A stretch of 64,000 nucleotides of DNA, from NCBI GenBank assembly GCA_963665275.2, contig CAXXIN010000019.1, positions 160,001 to 224,000 on the forward strand, in the 5' to 3' direction. Below, piece after piece: positions 28,418-35,712 of the stretch (position 1 is the first letter of the stretch; every line of letters begins with the position of its first letter). The notes below the pieces were generated by a model that saw only the letters and a program-made list of their open reading frames with translations, ran no database searches and was not told the origin of the DNA. Made by a program: the position numbers and the translations under genes. Source of the stretch: Negativicutes bacterium. GTDB taxonomy: Bacteria > Bacillota > Negativicutes > UBA1444.

Positions 28418-29431
28418 CTATTTTGTTGCTTTCTTCCAAGTCCGAGACAGGTCCAGAACGCAGCCTGCCCACGACAATCCGACGCCGAACCCGATGGACA
28501 CTACCTTTTTCAGGGTGGTTGCATCCACGGACTGCAGAATTTCAGCCAGCGCCAGCGGGATCGTGCTGGAAACGGTGTTCCCATACCGATCCGGCTTATT
28601 CCAGAAAGGCAGGTCGTTCAGTTTGCATTTGTGCTGAATCGACTCCAACATGAACCGATTCGCCTGATGAAAAACATAATAGTCGACGTCTTCCCGCTTC
28701 AGACCTGCGGCTTCCAGCACTTTTTTCAAGGTCTTGGGAACCACATCCTGAGCAAAAGAAATGACCGATCGCCCATTCATATAGAGATTGTAATTGGTTC
28801 TTTTGTTGCCGGCCGAATCAACAGTTTCGATTTCGGCAGTCGCGCCACCCGGTTCGCGCATTCCCCCGACCGGCACGATGATATCGGGGCCTCCGGATCC
28901 ATCCGTCCCGAAAACAAAGGCACGCAGTCCGTCCTGCGCCGTATCTTCCACCTCGAGAAGCGTCGCTGTCGCCGCGTCGCCGAAGATCGCCCGAGCTGCT
29001 GCGTCTTGCGGATGGGTCCATTTGCTGTAGGTTTCCGCCGTCAACAACAACACATGCTTCGCCTGGCCCGTTTCCAACAGCCCTTTGGCGACAGACAAGC
29101 CAAAAATATAGCCTGAACAGCCCAGGTTCAAATCAAACGCGCCGCAATTCCGGGATATCCCCAAACGGTGCTGCAACAGGCAAGCCGTCGTCGGCAGAAA
29201 ATAATCAGGCGACTGTGTGCACAAAATAATGAAATCTATTTTTGAACGATCAATGCCATAATCCGAAAATAAATTTTCTGCGGCGCAAACAGCCATATCC
29301 GAGGAGCATTCGTCCGGCGCCGCAATATGCCGTTCGTAGATCCCTGTTTTCTTTGTAATCCGGGAGTCGGCATCATTATATTCGATCTGACGGGGTACAT
29401 AGGTGGAAATCCCTTTAATATAAGCTTTCAT
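28418..29431 (-). CDS. 3-oxoacyl-ACP synthase III (FabH-like)
   Basis: FDLNLGCSG (Cys), FGDAATA, FHQAN (His), GNTVSSTIP (Asn), GFGVGLSW. Confidence 0.92.
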   Translation of the reverse strand: MKAYIKGISTYVPRQIEYNDADSRITKKTGIYERHIAAPDECSSDMAVCAAENLFSDYGIDRSKIDFIILCTQSPDYFLPTTACLLQHRLGISRNCGAFDLNLGCSGYIFGLSVAKGLLETGQAKHVLLLTAETYSKWTHPQDAAARAIFGDAATATLLEVEDTAQDGLRAFVFGTDGSGGPDIIVPVGGMREPGGATAEIETVDSAGNKRTNYNLYMNGRSVISFAQDVVPKTLKKVLEAAGLKREDVDYYVFHQANRFMLESIQHKCKLNDLPFWNKPDRYGNTVSSTIPLALAEILQSVDATTLKKVVSIGFGVGLSWAGCVLDLSRTWKKATK

Positions 29432-29582
29432 TTTCAACCCTTTCCTATCGTAATCATGCAGCAAGAAAAAACACGAAGCCCATCCTCGTGTTCATGTGTC
29501 CTGTTAATATTATAACTTGAATCCGAGATAAAGCTCAACAAATAAATTCCAGCCGTCCTCTTCATCCATCATTTGTAAAATA

Positions 29583-29610
29583 TGTCAGAGATCGCGGTGC
29601 CTGTCACCGG
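29583..29610 (-). repeat. REP-like element copy 6 (provides ydcF stop)
   Basis: TGTCAGAGATCGCGGTGCCTGTCACCGG; its TGA is the stop at 29604-29606. Confidence 0.88.
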
Positions 29611-30368
29611 CTTCCGCTGCGAACTTTCAGTGCAGCCAGCCCCAGATACTCTTTCAGCGCGATACTGGTTCCCCGCAACGCTGACCCTGATGGCACCCAG
29701 CTGGTGGCATTCCAGTAGGAACCCCGTGGCACATAATATCCCACTGGATACGGCGTCGCCACTACCCCGGCCTGTTTGAACTCCTCCACCGAACGCGCCA
29801 TATGAAAGGCGGATGTCACCAGCACCGGCCGGGACAGGCCGCGTGCTTTGAGTATCTCGGCGGAAAAAATCGCATTCTCGGTCGTATTCAGGCTGCGGTC
29901 TTCCAATAAAACCTTGTCGGGCGCCATCCCGAGGCTGACCAGGATGTCCCGCATCACGACCGCTTCCCGGCCATCGCCACGGAACACCTCTCCGCCCGAA
30001 GTCACAACCGGCCAACCCGTCCGGCGGTGCAGCACATAGGCGCCAATGATCCGCTGCGCCGGCACATCACCCACCTGTCCTACCCAACCCTCCGGCATCG
30101 GCACGTCCGCCATACTGCCGCCGCCCAGGAGAATGATCGAGTCCCCCTCCACCTGTAGCGGCAAAGGATGTCGATATTCCAGCGGTCGCAGCAGCGCTTC
30201 GGAAACCGGCTGAATCGACGCCGCATACATCAGAGCGGCAATCACACAGGTCATTCCCGCCAGACCCCACGACTTCCGCCGCAGCCGCCACGCCAGCCAC
30301 ACCAGCGCCACAACGAAGCAGGCCGGAGGGAGAACCCAGGAGTAGAGAAATTTTATCGCATAGATCAT
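29604..30368 (-). CDS. YdcF/ElyC (DUF218) family envelope protein
   Basis: Two TMs, ILLGGG, SGG, LEDRSLNTTENA, LVTSAFHMARS, KEYLG. Confidence 0.9.
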   Translation of the reverse strand: MIYAIKFLYSWVLPPACFVVALVWLAWRLRRKSWGLAGMTCVIAALMYAASIQPVSEALLRPLEYRHPLPLQVEGDSIILLGGGSMADVPMPEGWVGQVGDVPAQRIIGAYVLHRRTGWPVVTSGGEVFRGDGREAVVMRDILVSLGMAPDKVLLEDRSLNTTENAIFSAEILKARGLSRPVLVTSAFHMARSVEEFKQAGVVATPYPVGYYVPRGSYWNATSWVPSGSALRGTSIALKEYLGLAALKVRSGSR

Positions 30369-30388
30369 TTAGCTTCATCTCCATTATC

Positions 30389-30425
30389 TGTCAGAAATGT
30401 AAGAAATCGCGGTGCCTGTCACCGG
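30389..30425 (-). repeat. REP-like element copy 7
   Basis: TGTCAGAAA-TGTAAGAAA-TCGCGGTGCCTGTCACCGG, about 10 bp after the AbiEii stop. Confidence 0.85.
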
Positions 30426-30434
30426 TCCACCGCA

Positions 30435-31304
30435 TCACTGGTCCACAATAATCCGACGCACGATATCATGGAAAAAATCCCGGGACCAAACGGTGAGACC
30501 GCCGGGGTCGCGAACGAAAACCTCGACCTCTTTGCGCGCTTGTTCCACATTCAGCGTGTCAATCGCATTCTCCAGCAAACCAAAGAAGCTTTCCTCCGTT
30601 AGAGGCCCTTCCCCCTGCCAATGACCGCTCTGACGCATCCGCTGCTCCAAATGCCCCAGGTGAAGATGCGGATGATGGGTCACATACCACACCAGATCGT
30701 ACCAATCACGACCTTTGACCCGGTCCTTCCACCTCCGGCACAACACCGCATGCATCTTGCCTGCGAATAGATCGGGCAACTCATAGATGCGCACCGGGAA
30801 TGCCACCGGTTGCAGCAGATAACGCACCTGCGTGGCAAACCCCGGAGGTGGGTCGGTATCCACCTCCAGTTTGATCTTGAGCACTTGTCCTCGCGGCACG
30901 CCAGACAACACGGATCCGCCGGCATCGATGACCAACATCTGCTGCAAAGTATCAGCTTTCAGAAAAGCAGACTGCACCGCTCGCTCCGTCCGGACCGCTC
31001 GTGCCTCAAACCGGACATCAAAACCGAACGCACCCAATTCGGCTCTGAGCGCATCTCCATAGCGAGCAAGCTCAAAGGTTGACGACGGCTTCAGCAACGA
31101 AAAATCCAGATCTTCCGAGAACCGGTCCAAGCCATACAATAAGCGCAGGGCCGTTCCACCGTAAAAGGCCGCTTTGTCAAAAAACTTGCTCCGCCACAGT
31201 CCAAGGAGTGCGATTTCCTGCAAAATTTCCCGCAGCGCACGCACCGAATCCTCCGACGTTTTTCGCTCGTACCGCGCCAGCATCCGCCCAACCGCATCAT
31301 TCAT
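30435..31304 (-). CDS. abiEii: AbiEii-type nucleotidyltransferase toxin (type IV TA)
   Basis: REILQEIAL, AFYGGTALRLLYGLDRFSEDLDFS, KIKLEVD, GKMHA, KGRDWYD; start at MNDAV overlapping the antitoxin stop. Confidence 0.9.
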   Translation of the reverse strand: MNDAVGRMLARYERKTSEDSVRALREILQEIALLGLWRSKFFDKAAFYGGTALRLLYGLDRFSEDLDFSLLKPSSTFELARYGDALRAELGAFGFDVRFEARAVRTERAVQSAFLKADTLQQMLVIDAGGSVLSGVPRGQVLKIKLEVDTDPPPGFATQVRYLLQPVAFPVRIYELPDLFAGKMHAVLCRRWKDRVKGRDWYDLVWYVTHHPHLHLGHLEQRMRQSGHWQGEGPLTEESFFGLLENAIDTLNVEQARKEVEVFVRDPGGLTVWSRDFFHDIVRRIIVDQ

Positions 31305-31959
31305 CTCGATCACCCGTTCTTTCGCGTTGCAGCTGCGCAACCCACAGCGCCAGCCCCAGCAGCTTCCGGGAACGATAGCCCTGGCCGACCGCTTCGATTC
31401 GATCCGCATCCAGAGTCGCCAGCACTTCGATATCGACGCGGAGCTGACCCACGATATATTCCTGCAGCTCAGCCGACGCGCCTCCGGTCGCACCCCGGTC
31501 CTGCTGAATTTTGTCACACAAGGCCTTTTCCGGCCCGGCCATCAGGAAAAATTGGTCCCTTCCGACTTCAAACTGGTCCATACCGAGCCGGAAAGCTCCC
31601 TGAGGAATTCCCCAATAAGTAAAAAGCCCGACCGGCGTCGAAAAACGGCGGCTCCTGCCACTCGTGACCGAAGTCACGGTCTCAGCCCGCTCCGGAATCA
31701 AGCCATGATAATGCAGGGCGTATTCCAGAGAAATATAGGACGGCCCGTAGATCAAATTGGCCAGCACTTCACGGGAGTAAGGACGCCGGCGATATTTTTC
31801 GCCAAAGATATATAACCCTTTTTTGACGCGGATGATATCTCCGTTGCGAAGCAAACCCGTGATCTTGTCCCGTGGTCGCGCATACTCTTTCAGACTGTCG
31901 AGGAGACTCTGATAATCGAACTCTTCGGCCTGTATCCGCCGCCGAATTTCTTCGCTCAC
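31297..31959 (-). CDS. abiEi: AbiEi-type antitoxin/transcriptional regulator
   Basis: IIRVKKGLY, PSYISLEYALHYHGLIPE, A.PEKALCD; GTG start 8 nt after AGGAGG. Confidence 0.88.
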   Translation of the reverse strand: MSEEIRRRIQAEEFDYQSLLDSLKEYARPRDKITGLLRNGDIIRVKKGLYIFGEKYRRRPYSREVLANLIYGPSYISLEYALHYHGLIPERAETVTSVTSGRSRRFSTPVGLFTYWGIPQGAFRLGMDQFEVGRDQFFLMAGPEKALCDKIQQDRGATGGASAELQEYIVGQLRVDIEVLATLDADRIEAVGQGYRSRKLLGLALWVAQLQRERTGDRDE

Positions 31960-31991
31960 ACGCACCACCTCCTTGTCTCGGATAAAAACAC

Positions 31992-32038
31992 ATTTCCACA
32001 TAGTATGTCGAATTCCTGCCGACATACTATGTGGAAAT
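31992..32038. promoter_or_regulatory. perfect 19-bp inverted repeat, likely AbiEi operator
   Basis: ATTTCCACATAGTATGTCG-N9-CGACATACTATGTGGAAAT just upstream of abiEi; AbiEi autorepression via promoter inverted repeats is established. Confidence 0.75.
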
Positions 32039-32132
32039 TCGAAAAGTTTTTCTCGCCAAATTAATGGGTCGGCATAAAAGCACCCCTTCATTTTTGGGAT
32101 GCTTTCTTGGAGTCAGTCAGTGCGAAAACTCT

Positions 32133-32975
32133 CTACTCCTCATTCCACTGCAGATGCAGATGATAGTTGTCGCCCTCACCATGCCACAGCGCCCACAGTC
32201 CCTGCTGATCGGCATACGCAGCCACCAGTTCTTCCTGTGGCTGCGTAATGCCGTCCACGACAAGATCCACCGCGCGGCCCGACAGGTGCAGAGAATGCAG
32301 CACGCCGCCGACCGCCCCGTTCTTCGCCGGATCACGGAGTCCGGACGTGTAGGTCGGCTGCAGTCCCAGCGAACCCCGAATGTACTGATTCACCTTTGCC
32401 ACCCGCCTGAGCACCTCCGGGATCACACCATCCAGCACCGGTTCCTGCAGCAGCGCCACTGCCTGCACCTCGACCTCGAACTTCACCCGTTCTCCATTGA
32501 CGTATTCCACCTGATACCGCTCTGCGTTTCCCGCGAGGCGAAAAATCCCGGTTCCATGCATCAGTCCTGCCTGAAACTCTCCGACATAGCGGTCGCCATT
32601 GGCGAAGGTATAGACCCCCTGTCCCTGGAACAGCCCCGCCGCAAACTCGCCGGTATATCTTTCTCCGCCCGGCAGCGTCAGCGTCCCATTCCCTGTGAAC
32701 AGACCTGCCGCCATCTCGCCGGCGAACAGCCGTCCGTCGCTAAAGGTCGCCACTCCGCGCCCCTCCGGCAAGCCCTCCCGGCAGTCTCCGCTCCAGAGGA
32801 AATCCGCCCCCATCACCTGAGCGGATTTTTTGGCATCGCAGACAGAAACCGGGGAAGCAACAGCCGAGGAAGGAATATCTGAGGTTGCCGCGAAAACGGA
32901 ACCACTTTGGATATTCAATGCGCCCCATAGAACACAAAACGTAAGCCAAAAAGCCAATAAAAAATGTTTTCTCAA
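32133..32975 (-). CDS. exported MORN-repeat protein with C-terminal peptidase M15-like domain
   Basis: Signal peptide; Y.GEF.AG...G.G MORN repeats; TSGLR...N..VGG...S.HL.GRAVD...HLH. Confidence 0.8.
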   Translation of the reverse strand: MRKHFLLAFWLTFCVLWGALNIQSGSVFAATSDIPSSAVASPVSVCDAKKSAQVMGADFLWSGDCREGLPEGRGVATFSDGRLFAGEMAAGLFTGNGTLTLPGGERYTGEFAAGLFQGQGVYTFANGDRYVGEFQAGLMHGTGIFRLAGNAERYQVEYVNGERVKFEVEVQAVALLQEPVLDGVIPEVLRRVAKVNQYIRGSLGLQPTYTSGLRDPAKNGAVGGVLHSLHLSGRAVDLVVDGITQPQEELVAAYADQQGLWALWHGEGDNYHLHLQWNEE

Positions 32976-33028
32976 TATTTTCTCCTAACGGTAACGAGCC
33001 GATTTCCAGCACCTTTGCAGGTTATATT

Positions 33029-34177
33029 TCACCGGCAACCCACGAACTGCGGTTTCTGTGTCAGCGTCACTACACCTTGCCCCGGCGCCGCGACCGCATG
33101 ATCCCCGCCCATCGTCCAGGCCGCGAAACAACCTTTTCCCTTTGCATCGACAAACTCCAGCACGAAATCCTCCGAACGGGAAAATAGCCGCCTGGTATAG
33201 CGTCGGCCGGAAAGTTGTTGCGCCATCGTTTTCACCGCTTCCAGCGCCGGTTTCGGCATTCCGTCCTGTCGGAACAACCCGAAATTGTGCTCAAAACTGC
33301 GTGAGTCGGGCCCATCATTGCGAAAATCATACCAAATGGTAAACTCCACTCCGGCAACCGTATTCACGAGGAACATCCGCTGAAGATAGGTCGCCTGAAA
33401 CTCCTCCGTCACCCCCGGATGCAAGGTCGAATACCCCCACTCGCTCACGACAATGGGCACGGCCTTATCCGGCGAATACTTGACGATGAGATCCTGCACC
33501 CGCAGCAAATCCTCCAACGCGGTCTCCGGATGGGCATCCCGATAAGGATGAACCGAAACGGCGTCCACATAGCGGAGCAACCCCAGTTTCATACATCCCT
33601 CCAAATATTGCAAATCGATGCCTGCAAGTCCAGGGGCAATCACATACGCGCCCGAGTCCGCCGAACGAATGGCTGTCGTCGCATCGATGATCAGCTTCAT
33701 ATACTCGAACGCTTCCGGCTTCGGTGGCCAAAAATGAGCAATATTCGGCTCATTCCAAATTTCCCATATGACGCCTTTCCCTTTGAAGTGTGCAGCAGCC
33801 GCCGCCGCAAACTTTGCGAACGCCGCCCGCGCTTCCTCAGTCCGCACGGCCCGCTCCCCATACAAAGGATTTCCATAGTCCAGAATAAACAAGGGACGAA
33901 TGCCTTTCGCCGCCATCTGCGACATTAAACGATCGTACACCTGAAAATCATAGACGCCTTTTTGCCGCTCTATCTGTTCCCATATCATATCAAAACGAAT
34001 CAGGCGAAATCCAGCATTTCGAGTTTCCGAGATATCCTTCTCATCCTGTGCAGGCTCCATCACGAAATGGTGATTGACTCCCAACGTCGATTCAAATAAG
34101 GGCGCAGCAGAAACTTCGCCGAAAGAGCTTAATCCTATGAAGCATAACATCAACAATATCCAGTTTAATTTTTTCAT
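33029..34177 (-). CDS. exported GH-A clan glycoside hydrolase (GH5/GH39-like)
   Basis: Signal peptide; WEIWNEPN acid/base, SVHPY, VSEWGY nucleophile. Confidence 0.85.
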   Translation of the reverse strand: MKKLNWILLMLCFIGLSSFGEVSAAPLFESTLGVNHHFVMEPAQDEKDISETRNAGFRLIRFDMIWEQIERQKGVYDFQVYDRLMSQMAAKGIRPLFILDYGNPLYGERAVRTEEARAAFAKFAAAAAAHFKGKGVIWEIWNEPNIAHFWPPKPEAFEYMKLIIDATTAIRSADSGAYVIAPGLAGIDLQYLEGCMKLGLLRYVDAVSVHPYRDAHPETALEDLLRVQDLIVKYSPDKAVPIVVSEWGYSTLHPGVTEEFQATYLQRMFLVNTVAGVEFTIWYDFRNDGPDSRSFEHNFGLFRQDGMPKPALEAVKTMAQQLSGRRYTRRLFSRSEDFVLEFVDAKGKGCFAAWTMGGDHAVAAPGQGVVTLTQKPQFVGCR

Positions 34178-34207
34178 CAATACCTCTCCCTCCATTGAAA
34201 ACAGCAT

Positions 34208-35377
34208 TTATTTTAACTCACGGACCGGAAAATTCGCAATCGCTGACGCTACATACTTCGCGTACTCCTGTCGGAAGCGCTCTGGAGCAAATCGCAGTGC
34301 GTTTTCCCGGCAAAACTCCGGGCGGAATTCAGATTCCCTTGCCTCGAATGTCTCCACCGCAGCAATGATCGAACCCTCAGCCTGTTCAGAGAAAAACAGT
34401 CCTGTCGGCTTTTCCACCCCACTGCAACCAAGCCCTCGCACCGTTTCCAAGGCTCCGCCGGCGCCATAAGCGATTACCGGCGTACCGCAAGCTTGCGCCT
34501 CCACCGGCAGGATGCCGAAATCTTCCTTCGCCGCGAACACCAACGCTCGCGCCTGGCGCAAATAGTCCCGCAACACTTCCCGCGGCTGATATCCCAGGAA
34601 CTCAACATTTGGTCCAGCCACAGCGCGAGCCGCCTCGTATTGGGGCCCATCGCCGATCACCACCAGTCGTCGCCCGGGCATTCGCGAAAAAGCCTGCACA
34701 ATCAGATTCATTCGCTTGTACGGCACCATCCTTGACGCTGCCAGATAGAAATTTCCCTTAACGCCATCTGGAGTGTAATATTCCGTATCCACCGGCGGAA
34801 AAACCACTGCTGAGTCACGATCGTATGAGGAACGAATGCGTTCGGCAATAAACGTCGAATTGGCAATAAAACAATTCACATTATGGGAGTTGCGCGAGTC
34901 CCACCTGCGCAGACGTTCCAGCAGCAACCGGGCCACCCATCCCCGGACTCCGGAAGCCATACCGGCTTCCCGCAGATATTCTTCCCGCATGTCCCACGCA
35001 TAGCGCATCGGGGAGTGGCAATAGCAAATATGGAGTTGATCCGGGCGAGTTACCACACCCTTGGCCACCGCATGCGACGAAGAAAGCACCAGATCATAAC
35101 CGGACAGGTTCAGTCGTTCCACCGCCCATGGCATCAACGGCAAATAGGAGCGGTAACGGCGACGGGCTCCAGGCAGTTGCTGCACGAAGGTCGTGTGGAC
35201 TGTTCGCCCTCCGAAAAAAGCACGGTCTTGCGAAGGCATAAATTCAACGACGGAGAATAAATCCGCCGTCGGATACAACGCCAACATTTCCGCCAACACC
35301 CGCTCCGCTCCGGCATAGGTCACCAGCCAATCATGGATAATGGCGATTTTCAAGGAGGATAACTTATCTTCAATCAT
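34208..35377 (-). CDS. glycosyltransferase family 4 (WbaZ-like mannosyltransferase)
   Basis: AIIHDWL...GAERV, YCHSPMRYAWD, EDFGILPVEAQACGTPVIAY. Confidence 0.93.
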   Translation of the reverse strand: MIEDKLSSLKIAIIHDWLVTYAGAERVLAEMLALYPTADLFSVVEFMPSQDRAFFGGRTVHTTFVQQLPGARRRYRSYLPLMPWAVERLNLSGYDLVLSSSHAVAKGVVTRPDQLHICYCHSPMRYAWDMREEYLREAGMASGVRGWVARLLLERLRRWDSRNSHNVNCFIANSTFIAERIRSSYDRDSAVVFPPVDTEYYTPDGVKGNFYLAASRMVPYKRMNLIVQAFSRMPGRRLVVIGDGPQYEAARAVAGPNVEFLGYQPREVLRDYLRQARALVFAAKEDFGILPVEAQACGTPVIAYGAGGALETVRGLGCSGVEKPTGLFFSEQAEGSIIAAVETFEARESEFRPEFCRENALRFAPERFRQEYAKYVASAIANFPVRELK

Positions 35378-35516
35378 TGATGCTATCTCTTTTCCTCTTT
35401 TTCCTCTAATCCCGCTTCAATACTATGCTGTTCTCAATTCCTGCGCAAGAATTACGCGATAAAATCTATATGTGAAGTACAATTGCTTGAAATAGCTTCT
35501 TAGTTGACTATTTTAT

Positions 35517-35543
35517 ATTCGACAATTTATCACTGAATCCTCT
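35517..35543 (-). promoter_or_regulatory. SigH-like promoter upstream of GT4
   Basis: AGAGGA-N14-GTCGAAT (AGGA-N17-GAAT). Confidence 0.5.
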
Positions 35544-35628
35544 GTAAGTCAAAACAATGGGGTTCGTCAAAGGAAGTTCTCCGGTCTATCTTTCCTCTCT
35601 TTTGGATTACATTTTCCCTGGGAAAATA

Positions 35629-35671
35629 GCGAAGAACCCGCTAAGCATCTTCAGCTTCAGCGGGTTCTCGC
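35629..35671 (-). terminator. hairpin/terminator after RTX gene
   Basis: AGAACCCGCT/AGCGGGTTCT stem with imperfect extension. Confidence 0.55.
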
Positions 35672-35712
35672 ATTGTGTCTTAACCAAGTTTCTCTTTATG
35701 ATTTAATTTTCC

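Noticed and set aside
13212-30425. GGTGACAGGCACC copies as CRISPR repeats, integron attC sites or plain terminators
   Set aside because: Spacing is 0.6-8.5 kb and irregular, there are no attC R boxes or integrase, and the 4-6-bp stem lacks a directly following U-tract.
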